A stretch of DNA of 64,000 bases from Podarcis gaigeae (lineage: Eukaryota). The stretch lies in NCBI GenBank assembly GCA_964106915.2, contig OZ066923.1; one strand, 5' to 3'. Positions 25,700 to 38,096 of the stretch are shown here, piece by piece. Made by a program: the position numbers and the translations under genes. A model generated the notes under the pieces. It had not been told where the DNA came from, ran no database searches, and was given only the letters and a program-made list of their open reading frames with translations. Within the stretch, counting starts at the first letter, position 1. Every line of letters begins with the position of its first letter.

Positions 25700-27867
25700 T
25701 ACATCGCCACTGAAGAGAGGCAAATAGTGGTATTCTTAAAATCTTAGGAACAGTTATTCAAAGGCTGGATGTGGACACCAGAAAGGCTCAACAACCAACA
25801 AAGCTTCTTTCTGCAAATGTAACTGAGTGACAGGGAAGGATAGAGGGAGGCAAGGATGGAAAGAGACAGAAGTCATAGAGTACAGAATGAGAAAATCAAG
25901 AGCCAAGGGAAAGGAAATCGGGGCAGAGAGCCAAATGGAGAATTGTAACTGGCATTCGCTCACCTACAACTTACCTTTCTCATCATGTTTTCTTACACAT
26001 GACCATCATTTGGAAGGCAACTTGGTAGAATGAAAACAAAAGCCTAGCAATGTAGATTGAGCTCAAGGTCAAAGGGTGATGCTGTGTACTATTGCCTAAT
26101 AGCTGTAGTAACAACCCAGCATCATTATTGGAATAATACAAGACAATGAACACCATCAATGCTTAAATATTTAAAGTTCTTTTGAAAACAAGAAAAGTAC
26201 GCATTCCTTTGAAGATCCTCCTGTTTTTAAGCTGCTGAAATGGTCGAGGTAGAGAACAAACTATCAATTAGTTGAGTACCTCTCAATTAGTTGAGTAAAT
26301 TCAGGACAAGCTAAAGCATACTAGAGCATGGATGAACGAACACAAAAACAAGACAGTCATTGGCACCAGAAGCTCATCATTTACAGACACATGACTAAAT
26401 TGGATATAGTGGCTTCTTTGTTCTCAGCTGAAAACAGAGTTATCAATGAAAGTTGAATATGACCATTTAAATTGTAATGTACATGTATAAAATTTCATCA
26501 TCATATTTGGTTGAGTAAGAAGAATAAGATATGCTGGATCCTTTCCAACAAGTTGTATCATGGAAGCTATATTATCAGTGAAAAGTAATTTTCTGCACAA
26601 ACACAAGATATTATTCTCCTGTAGCACTATTTAGAATACAATGTATTTACAGGTATTGAGTTATGTGTTAAATGGAGCTTACTTTCTAGTATGTTTAGAA
26701 CTGCAGTCTTAAGGTGCAATCCAGACAAACTTAGGTGAGCCTAATTGACATTGAAATCAACAACCAGACTTCATATTTAGATGCTTCAGCCACATTGCTG
26801 TCAATAGGACTTAGGTATCCATAATTTTCTCAGGAATGACCATAATTACTAGATAAGACACAGGTGAAAAGTAAATGTTTTAGATATCCCTGTTTGTGAC
26901 TCTATATTAGCATTGCTTAGTATTTAATCATTTTAATGGGGTTGCCACACTGGAACCAAATCAGTATCTGTTAAGTAAATTATTTGCTTTACAAAAATAA
27001 AAAATCAGCCACAATGCAAGTGCATTGATTGGAAGTCATTCATCATACTCAGAAGCTCTTAAAAGTTGAAAATACCAAGGACTCTTGTATAAAATGTAAA
27101 TGAACCCCCCCCTTTTTTTTTTGGTAGATACTAGCATTCATCTAAGAACTAAACAAACAAAACAAAAAGGGAATGGATTCTATATGACATCTAAAGCTTT
27201 GCTAAAATATTAAGTTACCCACTTATAGTGATCCACTATAACAAAGGACAAAATAGAACACTTTGTGCCAAACTACATCTGGTTGGGCCAAACATTACTC
27301 ATTTTATTTGTTTATTTCGTAAAATTTATACACTGCTTGACTGTAAAAACAAAACAAAAAATCTCAAAGCAGTTTTCAAAAGATAAGCAGTGAAATCGAG
27401 GGGGGGGGGGGGAATCACAATCCTACTTTAAAACACCCAAAAGTTAAAATGCTTAAACAGATTAAAATTACCTCGACTTTCTAAGCATCTGGGTACCCAT
27501 ATTAACCATGCCTTGTGAGATTAATAATGAAAAATACCAACACTCACAGAACTGACAAACTAGATTGCCCTGGCGTAATGGGAGAATTCTTGGCCTGTGA
27601 TTTAATGTTTCTGCTGCTCCATATTAAGCAAGTTATGACATGTGATTAATGTTTTATATAATTGTTTTAAATTGGTTCTTATTTATTATTATTATTATTA
27701 TTATTAGTTATTAGATATTCTTGTTTTTAACTGTAAGCTGCCTTGAATCCCATCAGGTGAAAAGGAGGGACATAAACAAACAACAACAACAAAGTAGCAT
27801 ACTGTAGTATTATTCACAGCGTAGTATTAAGAACATAGGAATCTGCTTAGGCCTCACCCACACTTAC

Positions 27868-28075
27868 CTCCTGCCCTGTGTTTTCTCCATCTCCAAGTGC
27901 TTTTTGTTGTTTTGTTTTGTTCTTGCCTTGGTGCTTTCACCAGAAAAACCCACTCTTTAACGCTGAACATACAACAGCTTGGGTTTTCCATGGAGTTGTT
28001 TTCAGCAGTAAAGAGTGCATTTTTGCAGAGGAAGCAAAACAAAACCCAACCCTTAGACACAGAGCTTTTAAGCAG
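27868..28075 (-). other. Candidate alternative first exon
   Basis: Consensus donor GAG|gtaagt at 27868; no clear acceptor; TATA-like cttaaaag near 28070; 5' end approximate. Confidence 0.25.
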
Positions 28076-28627
28076 GGACCTATGTCGAGAAACAGAAATG
28101 GCACAGAAGGAAGTCTGAATGAGTCCTTAGGCATTCTGATAGGGACTGGTTTTGTGTGTAAACTTATTTCCACCAACAATCTATGCTGTCACTTCAGAAA
28201 TGCATGAACGGCTGCCTCTGAGCATCCAGTTATCAGTCCAGGCTACAGATATTGACTTGCATCTCCAGTTTTTTAATTTCTGCTCACACTATGCTGCATC
28301 AGGTCAGATACTTAGCAGGTCAGTGCAAAACTTTCTTTTTCAATTTCTAATTGTCAAATTTGTGCCTGGCCTTTGTCCTTCGCCACCTTGCACTTATTTA
28401 TTAGCAGTCTTGAGTGACTCATGTTGTGCTATTTAGTCTTTGTTATTTAGGCTTAACTCAGCACAGAAAAAAAAATCACAGGGTTTTAATACTGATGCTT
28501 GGGAGCAATAACCATTTAGAATGGAGTGTCTCTACATAGACAGTCTGACTCCTGTGCCAGCACAAGGTCACCGTAGTATCACATTACAATGATGGAATCA
28601 GCTTTATGACACTGTTATAGGCACATA

Positions 28628-28869
28628 CAGTGGTACCTCAAGTTACAAACACCTTGGACTACAAACACTTCAGGTTACAGACTCCGCTAACCCAGAAATA
28701 ATACCTAGGGTTAAGAACTTTACCTCAAGATGAGAACAGAAATGGCTCACCGACGGCACAGCGGCAGCGGGATGCCCCTTTGGCAAAAGTGGTACCTCTG
28801 GTCAAGAACAGTTTCAGGTTAAGAACGGACCTCTGGAACAAATTAAGTTTGTAACCAGAGGTACCACTG
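28628..28869. mobile_element. Tc1/pogo-like MITE
   Basis: TIRs CAGTGGTACCTC / GAGGTACCACTG; TA TSD. Confidence 0.9.
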
Positions 28870-29315
28870 TATGTCAGATATAGAACTATAGGCTGGGCTG
28901 AATTTAAATATACTAAGCCTGTATATTTAAGTCCCAGCAGGAAAGAGACATTTCTGTAATTTAAATTTTCATTTAGACTCTTATCTTAAAGGTTTTTCCA
29001 GTGTGAGAGCTGTTATTTCCTCCATGTCAACCTGCTGCTTTGAGATTCAAGGATAAACTGATACAAAACCAAAAAGGTTTTTTTTAAAATAAATAAATAC
29101 ACCGACTGCACAATACGCTTAGCCAATTCGAGAAGTCAGTCGGTTTAGAAGGTCAAACTACTTCAGTATCTTCATTCATTAACATTTTGGAATCAATTCA
29201 ACAGCCATTTACAATAGTTTTACCATATATTAAATTTTTAAAATATAAATTCTGACAACTGCATATTTCCAGGCTTAGCGAACAAGCATAACAATGAATA
29301 ATCCAGCTACCTCAC

Positions 29316-29388
29316 CTGATACTATAATGTTCTCTTTTTATTTGGAATGGCACATGCATTTGAAAACTATTAGATGGATACACAGTTG
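29316..29388 (-). other. Candidate exon (73 nt), probably 5' UTR
   Basis: Long polypyrimidine acceptor ctttttgatctgttctttctcacag| and donor CAG|gtgagg; contains uATGs. Confidence 0.55.
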
Positions 29389-29651
29389 CTGTGAGAAAGA
29401 ACAGATCAAAAAGAGCAACCAGCAGAAGAAATCTTATAAAAGGACTTTTCCGATTAATTCTCAGTAACAAAATTAAATGAGTCGATGCAGTCATGGTTTG
29501 TTTCTTTTTTTTAAGATAAAGAAAAAAATGTGGTTTTCACCTCTCTTGCTTCAATTCTCATTGAAGCCCTCTAGTGGATATCACTTACAACACCATCCTA
29601 TGCATGGTCTACTCAGAAGTGGGTCCTGTTGAATATGCTCCCAAGTGAGTA

Positions 29652-29867
29652 CAGTGGTACCTCAGATTAAGTACTTAATTCGTTCTGGAGGTCCGTTCGT
29701 AACCTGAAACTGTTCTTAACCTGAAGCACCACTTTAGCTAATGGGACCTCCTTGCCGCCCCGCCGGAGCACGATTTCTGTTCTCATCCTGAAGCAAAGTT
29801 TCTTAAAGCAAGGTACTGGGTTAGTGGAGTCTGTAACCTGAAGCGTATGTAACCCAAGGTACCACTG
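29652..29867. mobile_element. Tc1/pogo-like MITE
   Basis: TIRs CAGTGGTACC; TA TSD. Confidence 0.9.
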
Positions 29868-30978
29868 TATAAGACTGCAGCTCAAGCAATGCAGAGCATC
29901 AAATCATCCTGAGGAGAGATGCTAAAGAAATATCTTCTATACGGAATCCATATCATTCTACACACCCTGACAACTTTAATAACCTTTCCATATATATATA
30001 TTATCCCAGCTCCATCTGTAAAAATCTTGCTCAAATATTCACTCCAATCAAACTATCCATTTACAACTACAGAAGCACATCAATATGCAATTCTTGATCA
30101 TTTTTATAAGACCAAATATTGCCACTGGGACTCACTTACACTGCCTGCCAAACAGATTGATATTCAATTCAAGATGTCGTCTTGACCTATAAAGCTCTTT
30201 CAAATTTTGATCAATATCATCTCTGGTTGCGGCCTCTATATGCGCCAGATGACATAAGTCATCAGATATCTTGCTAGTCTCAGTGCGGTAAGATTAAAAT
30301 TGTTGCCAGCTTTGCCAAAACAGCCTAGCTATGTGCAATTATAGAAGGAAAGCATAACAGAAATATACTAGTGCTGCTTTTCAACACACCTCATCTTTAA
30401 CTATGGCAGATTTAATTAAATCTGCAGATTTAATTTAACCTCATTTAATTCAGATGTTCCTCTACTGTGACCTTAATTTGCCCCTCCCTCCTTTAAAAAA
30501 ATACAATAAATATCTTCCAAAATTTGGTTGTCATTTTACCAAAAATCATGCCATCCTACCAAGGTAAGGTCATGTTGCTCCATACAAACAGCAATCAGTC
30601 AAACAGAAGATGTTCAAGCAAAAAAGAATGTATATTCATGCTTCTGCTACTTATTGCTAATATGCGGAAAGAGCGCTTGTACATTTTTCCCATAATGAAT
30701 AAGCTACACATGCATTTGGAGCCAACGTGGAGGAAGATGTGCCAAAAGGATTCCCCTCCCCATCAATTACACTCTTTTCAACATTCTGCATTCACTTTTT
30801 TCTGCTATGCACTCAAGTGATTTAGATCACACCTGGGGAATCTTTGACCCTACATATGTTGTTGGAGTCCTGGAAGGCCAATGCTTCCTCAGCCCTGCTT
30901 TAGACCATATAGATGGGATTATACTTATAAAATGTCAAAGCACAACAAGCTATTTATTTTACCTGGAGAAGTGACAAC

Positions 30979-31140
30979 TAAAATTATGAAAATACAATCA
31001 CTGTCATACTATGGTGAAAGAGCTAAATTTTAACTATGTTTTCCATTTCAAAGCAGAGGAAAAAGGCTGATAATTATTTTCTCGATCTATATTCAGGTAT
31101 GTATATAAAGAGCACTATGCCATTCATGGTGTCACAGGTA
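30979..31140 (+). repeat. Segment duplicated at 25317-25488
   Basis: Direct alignment: one substitution (gaggaaaaagg vs gaggaacaagg) and one 10-bp indel. Confidence 0.95.
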
Positions 31141-31224
31141 TATAGAAACCACAACTCTATTTGTAGTGATCTCATTTCACTTTCAAGGTGATAGGCATTC
31201 AGCCATCTTATTTTCTTTTCAATA

Positions 31225-31466
31225 CAGTGGTACCTCAGGTTAAGAACTTAATTCGTTCTGGAGGTCCGTTCTTAACCTGAAACTGTTCTTAACCTGCGGT
31301 ACCACTTTAGCTAATGGGACCTCCCACTGCCACCGTGCCGCCGGAGCATGATTTCTGTTCTCATCCTGAAGCAAAGTTCTTAACCTGAGATACTATTTCT
31401 GGGTTAGCTGAGTCTGTAACCTGAAGTGTCTGTAACCTGAAGCATCTGTAATCCAAGGTACCACTG
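31225..31466. mobile_element. Tc1/pogo-like MITE
   Basis: TIRs CAGTGGTACC; TA TSD. Confidence 0.9.
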
Positions 31467-32929
31467 TATCTGAGATTATTTCTCTTACAGTCTTCAGTAG
31501 TTGTGATCTCAAGTATAATGACTTTTCTCTTTCCCGTTTATCATAAGTACTGTTGCAACACATGATACATTAGAATTCAACAGTAACTTCAGCATTGCTC
31601 TAAAAAAGAGTATAAATATGTCAGTCTCCAATTTCCTTAGACACAATTACAAATGCAGAAAGCACAGGGAATATTACAAAGTTTAATGTAGCATGTTTAT
31701 TTAGTGTTCATATGTACATCATGGGTCACATATTTCCATGTTTCATATCTCCTCACAAGCAATTCTCAGTAACACTGTTAGACTACGATGTCATGTCATG
31801 AAATTTCAATATTCATTAGCAGAAGTATGAGCTCCATAAAGGAGCTCATTTTCTGTTGCTTTCAGACCATGTCATCAGGTTGTTGTTTTTTAGAACCCAT
31901 TGGCATTTCTATCCAAGCCTTCCCCAACATCTGTGCGTCTCATTAGGGGCATCTGATGAAGTACTGCATACACTCTTCATAGGAATCATGATCTACACCC
32001 AATTAAAATGTTCCTGCCAGTCCACTTAGGTCAGAAAAATGTGAGCTAGAGGGAGTAGTAAAGCGGAAATGCCAAAACATAGCAGTTATGTTCAGGGCTT
32101 TTAACTTTCAGACCAAAGGGTTATTGTTGAATGTAACATGGCCAGATAGAATCCTCATCCTTTGTAAATCTAACGAAACCAAAACCCATACGAGTCTGTG
32201 CTCAACAGCCAGGCTTTAGGGCTTTACATGAAAAGTAAAGAAACCCTAACTAGACTTTCATTGTGTTTTTTCCAGTACCCCAAAAGCCTGAAGGGACTTG
32301 AAACAACGTGTGTCAATGAACTCAGCATCTCTGATATTGGTAGTGAAAAACACAAAGAACAAAGGCACTATGTTGATTAATCCCATCTGGTATTCCTAAA
32401 CCTAAGAACATATTCCCTATAGCAAGTCTAACAGGGGGTGACCAATTTAGAGGGAGGAAGGGGAAAAAACCCCTGATAACAATCATCATCAATGAGCTCA
32501 AATTGCCCAGGGAGTGCAAGTATGCTTTCCAATTATTTTCCAGCACTGAGAGAGAATAATTTGAAAACGAAAACTATTCCTTATTTCAAAATAGATACTT
32601 ATTTTATATGACAAGATTTCCTGTATGCTAACAAGTATTCACATCTGCTGTCACTGCCTCATAGCCACTGGCTTTAAATGCAGCATTTTATTTTATTTAA
32701 AAAAAATTAAATCACCATCATATTAAATATGCCTACAGTCATCGGGCTTTGTTGATCTTTACAGCAAAATTACATTCTTTCAGTTACAAAAAAAATGTAC
32801 CATTTATTCTTTATTATTCTGGTACTACTTACTGAGGGACATTAACATTATTTGCCCAACAGCTCAGTCACCATTGACAAAACAACAACACAAACCGCTC
32901 CTATATAAATCATTCCTTTCTGTATTATG

Positions 32930-33176
32930 TTATCCAGTGTTAATGGTTAGAGTGTTGAACTAGGCTCTGGGAGACAACAGGGTTCAACTCTTCACTCACC
33001 CATGAAGCTCATTGGGTGACCTTAGGCAAGACACAATTCTTCAGCCCAACCTACTTTACTGGGTTGTTGTGAGGATAAAGTGGAGAGGTGGGAGAACCAT
33101 GTATACATACCACCTTAAGCTCCTTGAGAAGAAAAGTGGACTATAAAGGTGATACTAAATAAATAAATAATAAATT
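32930..33176 (+). mobile_element. MIR/CORE-like SINE
   Basis: tRNA-like head, gggtgaccttaggcaag core, (AAAT)n tail; boundaries approximate. Confidence 0.65.
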
Positions 33177-33541
33177 TCATTTGCCACTCCCAAAATTATA
33201 TTTCTGTTTTATAATTATACACATCAGAAACCTGCAATGGTCAAAATTAAGAAAAAACATTTGATTAGATCCAGAATACCTTTTTCTAGAAGCAGAAGAG
33301 TTCCTAACATTCATGAAAGAGACTGAGATCTGATGGAAGTTTCCACTGGTGGGAGGAAAGGAGATGGTCCCCACCAATGTTCCCCATCTCCACGGAACGT
33401 CTCACATTCTTCTGACATTTTCCATAAAGGAAATTCATTTTGTTATGCCCTAAGACAGCACCAATACATCGTAACCACTTAGCATTTCACAACTAATACA
33501 TAAGTGCATGCTTTCCAATTCTGCCTTCTCCATTCATTTTA

Positions 33542-33780
33542 CGGTGGACCCTCTAATTACGTACTGCTCTGGATACGTAACTTTCGGGTTATGAACATGG
33601 CAAACCTGGAAGTGTATACTTCCAGGTTTCGTCGCATGCGCAGAAGTGCTCTGCGCATTTCGCACATGTGCAGAAGTGCTCAATTGTGCCATGTGCAGAA
33701 TTGCCACCTCTGCTTACAGACTTTTTGAGTTGCAGATGGACCCCTGGAGCAAATTAAATTCGTATCCGAAGGGTCCACTG
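33542..33780. mobile_element. Tc1/pogo-like MITE (different subfamily)
   Basis: TIRs C(A>G)GTGGACCC / GGGTCCACTG; TA flanks. Confidence 0.75.
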
Positions 33781-33789
33781 TACTTGAAT

Positions 33790-33985
33790 ATTTCTATTTA
33801 AAAACTTCCATATACAGGGCTGCTTTCAGGTGTCTTCTAAAGGTTCCTTGACATCTGACGGGAGAAGGTTCCACAGAGCAGGCATGACTATCAAGAAGGA
33901 GCTCTGCCTGGTTCCCTGCAGTCTCATTTCTCTCAATGAGGGAACCGCCAGAAAGCCCTTGGAGCTGGAGAAAAGGTTGTTCTTT
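33790..33985 (-). mobile_element. Degenerate L2 3' fragment
   Basis: Minus translation ends ..FRRHLKAALY, like the L2 ORF2 C-terminus. Confidence 0.55.
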
Positions 33986-34597
33986 TAGCACAAGGATGAC
34001 CTATGCAATGGGGCTTCCTTTGCTTTCCCTGCATGCTCCCAGGATCCCCACACAAAATGAGCTCCAGAGGAATCTCCAAAACAGATGGAGAGGTTGCAGG
34101 AGGAACATGAGCAGAGGGAAGGAAGAGGAAGTCCCACTGGACGGGTGGGAGTCCTTATGCTAATAGGACAACTTTGTTGTCTATTGGGCAAATGATAAAG
34201 AACCTGTGGCCCCCACTGAACAGTTGATTTATCCATTGATTTTCACCAGCATGTTCATTTTATTTTCCTATAACCAGAATCTGATTTGCAAGGCCCACAA
34301 GCAAATCTTTCAAGTATCAACAAAATTTCAGTAAAATTTAATTCACAAGTTCCAATGATCTAAAAGAATTTCAAACTAGAACTTGTATTAGTTTTCCAAT
34401 ATACCTGCAATAATAGCTGAATTATAACAATAACAATTAATTCCCAAATTATACAATTATCAAAATGCCAATCAACTTCCAATTAATGCATTTTAGTTAA
34501 ACTGGCTCCCTGCATGGTGGTTTGGGTGCATTTCCGATCTTATATCACTGCCCTGTTAGTTACATTTCAGGGATGAGGGTGGTGCTGTGGTCTAGGC

Positions 34598-34733
34598 CAG
34601 TCTTTCCCAACCTTGGGTCTCCAGCTGATTTTGGACTACAACTCCCATCATCCCTAGCTAGCAAGGGCAGTGGTTAGGGATGATGGGAATTGTAGTTCAA
34701 ATACAGCTGGAGACCCAAGGTTGGGAAACACTG
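34598..34733. mobile_element. 136-bp palindromic hAT MITE between two inverted Sauria SINE heads (34570-34782)
   Basis: TIRs CAGT(C/G)TTTCCCAACCTTGGG; 8-bp TSD GTCTAGGC. Confidence 0.9.
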
Positions 34734-36763
34734 GTCTAGGCCCTAGGCTCTGTGGTTTAGACCACAGCACCACCCGCGTCCCAGGCACCAAGTACACCAG
34801 GGCTAAAATGTATTGCCTTTCTCTCCAGCTTCCACAAGGGATAAGTTATTTCCTCTCTTCTACTAGCCTGACCCAGTTCTTATATGCAGCCAGAGTACAA
34901 AATGACAAGCAGGTTGAAGAAAAAGCTGAGGAGAATCCTAACCTCACTGAGGCTGATTGGAAAAGGAAGCTATAGCACTTCTCCCCTTACGGTGTTCTCC
35001 TCTGTGTATCACACCTCACAATGAGATGGTATCTAAATCACCTGGGCCATGTTTTGGGGGCTGAATAGAATCATGCTGCAAGCCACCTGATTTTCATCCT
35101 GACATAAAGATCCCCTACTGTGAGCAAGAACACCTGCCCTGATGTAAACAAGAGCACAGACATAGGTAATTATTTCAGGCATCCAAGAGAAAAGGGTAGA
35201 TAAGAATTCAGTGCTAACTGAGTGACATGAGATAAGCAATTCGAAGGGTATGACATACACACACTAAGATCCAAATCACTGTCAAGTTTTACCTTAACTT
35301 GTTAGATGAAACAGAACTACTCAAAATTAACTTCATGGAGATTTATGCTCAGAATGCCCAAAAGGTGTTTCTGCAAATAAACATACTTTAATGATCCGAT
35401 TGCTGGAAATTATGGGGATCAATTCCTAAGAGTGTGAAAACAACCTCAGGGCAAAAATTTTAACATACTGTACGATTCATTGGACAAATAGCAATTATAT
35501 AGCTTGAAGCAATTCTGTGAAAAGGAAAGGTTTGTTTCCCTAAGTATTCACATTTTTGAACTGGGCTTTCTTAAAGCACCTCTCAGCTTTTAACAATGTA
35601 ACGGCCTATAAAAAATTACTCTGTGTGTCCCCAAAACTTTGGGAGTGATGAGTTATTTATGTTCACTTAAGTATAAAACAGCTTTTAAATAAGGCTTCTT
35701 GTTGCTAGGCAACAATGCCTGCTTGTAAAGTAGTGAGATTATGCAGCAGTCTTGCCACTTTCCTCAATTTATAACCAGAAAGCTGTTTAATTTATAAAAT
35801 TAAAATAAGATACCCACATTTTCACAATTGAAAAACCTAACAGATAAAGTCCATTTAGGATTTACATAAATTTAAATAATTTTGTAGCCCTTCTGAATTC
35901 CATCTTTGTAAAAATATCAATTTGCTTTACTTCCCTAAGATTATTATTCAAATATCCATCTCACAGCTAAAACAATCCACAGGCCAATCCCATCTTTTTG
36001 CATACAATTTAGCTGGATGATAGGTCCCAAATAAACTCACAAAACAAGTAAATATAATGAATTTATAAATATATTTGATAAAATTATGGAAATGTATTCA
36101 CTGCCATATCCAGCTCTCCTGTAAATCATTTTTGCTTAGGGGTGCCATTGTATAAAATTTGCTTGTTCCTTTTATAGACTGCAAATATAAAGAACTGTGG
36201 ACATTTGTTTTGTAAGAATTCTATAGAAATAAAAATGGCAAACCACATTATTATCAGCTTCTCTCTCATAAAATTCAATCATGCAAATATTTAATCAGGG
36301 ACATGTGAGATTACACCATTTGACAGTATCAGCAACAGCCAATGATGCCCTCAGGTTCTGATACATATTGACTTTTCTATTACTTTAGTGGCAGATATAT
36401 GCAAAGCAGGACATTAGGAAAAAATGACCTACTTTTCAGATCTTATAGTCCCCACTTATTCCTTCTAGTGCTAACCTGAGATTTCTCTCTAGGGATAGAT
36501 CACTGCCCAAAGAGCAGAAAAAGAAAACAAACACAATCCTCTCACTTTCAGCACGATAAACTCAATTATAACCCTGTGAAAAGAGCATCCATAGGCACAC
36601 CACAGAGGACACCATCTGTCAAATACTGGCTATTTAGATAGCATCTCAGAGAGAAATTAAATAAAAGATTGCAGTATCCAATTCTGCAGTCCTTCATAAC
36701 AAAGCAGAATCAACATTATAGAATGTTGATACTACAGATTATACTACAGATACAAATTACATC

Positions 36764-37014
36764 TAGTCGTACCTTTGGAAGTCAAACGGAATCTGTTCCA
36801 GAAGTCCATTCGACTTCCAAAACATTTGGAAACCAAAGTGTGGCTTCTGATTGGCTGCAGGAAGCTCCTGCAACCAATTGGAAGTCACAGAAGCCCCATT
36901 GGGTGTTCAGCTTCCAAAACTAGTTTGCAAACCGGAACACTCACTTCTGGATTTGCGGCGTTCAGGAGCCAAAACATTTGAGAACTAAGCGGTTCGAAAA
37001 CCAAGGTGCGACTG
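36764..37014. mobile_element. Tc1/pogo-like MITE (different subfamily)
   Basis: Ends AGTCGTACCTT / AAGGTGCGACTG-TA. Confidence 0.65.
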
Positions 37015-37821
37015 TATTTCCAGACTGCAAAAGTTAAGTACTGGTAAGCCATCTGGGGGAGGGAACATTGGTAAACCAAATTTTGGCTTACTGGGACAGT
37101 GCGAAAGTGTAGGGTGGTAGAGAGAAGATTACACATTTGTGCAGCCCCATTAGCCATTGTTTTGCTTACTATGTCATGAGAACCAGGCCACTGAATTTGT
37201 TTTCACTTAAACATCCGTCTGCTTCTTAACTCTATTCCTGTGGGAAATCCCATCATTTCAGGCTTTTAAGTAGGCGCTGAAAACTTCCTTCCTTTCTCCT
37301 TGATGCTCTCTCATGATTTACAGATTTTAATTGAGCTGCTGAATTTTTCATGCTTTTATTTTTAACTCTTATTTTAATGTTATGGTTTTACTGGTCATTC
37401 ACTTTAGAAAGTTCTATGTGTACGGGAATCAAACGCTCCCTTTTCCTGAAAGGAAGCAGCACCGTTTTGCATAGCTCCCATGATGAGACCTTGCTATTGC
37501 CATTTTCATACTAGAGATAATATAATTGTATCATCCAAATGACATATGCTGTAATTCAAGTTAGTAGAACCAAATGCAGCTTGTAAACAGGTATACCGTA
37601 GATACCGAAGTTAAAGGAATTTAATCTCAGCTTTTCAAACTGGATAAGCAAGTCCCCAGTTACACTTCCTTTGCAACATAACAGCCCGTTATAAACTTAT
37701 AGGCAATATCAAATAGAGAATAGTTTGAAAAGAAAAAATGCAGTTTTGAACTTGATACAGTAGTCTAGTCACAAAAGCAGAAAGGTGTAAATATGTTTAT
37801 TGCATTTAATGTTGTCTAGAT

Positions 37822-37902
37822 CAGGCATCTTCAGCCTTTTCAAATTCAGGGCCCACTTTTAACCCAAACATGCATTTGGGAACCCATTTCTTAACCCTTT
37901 AC

Positions 37903-37943
<41 letters not shown>

Positions 37944-38096
37944 TTATTATTTATACCCCACCCATCTGGCTGGGTTTCCCCAGCCACTCTGGGCGGCTTC
38001 CAATTAAATATTAAAAACAATACATATTCACATGGTAGTAGTTCTCCTGTTGTGAACTACAGGATCAGGCTGTGACCCATCAACTGAAGACCAGTT
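37822..38096. mobile_element. Old hAT MITE with a nested LINE 3' tail and (TAA)n microsatellite (about 37904-38020)
   Basis: Direct repeat GTCTAGAT on both sides; CAGG start; internal (TAA)n followed by a LINE-tail-like segment. Confidence 0.55.

Noticed and set aside
27853-27869. Identical 17-mer aggtaagtgtgggtgag here (minus) and at 49391 (plus)
   Set aside because: Largely explained by donor-site consensus; similarity does not extend further
29312-29494. ORF MTASTHLILLL.. resembling a signal peptide
   Set aside because: The hydrophobic stretch is the translation of an intronic polypyrimidine tract before the acceptor at 29388
31948-31985. Second hammerhead-like motif (catCTGATGAagt..cac)
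   Set aside because: Lacks the GAAA core and the closing stems
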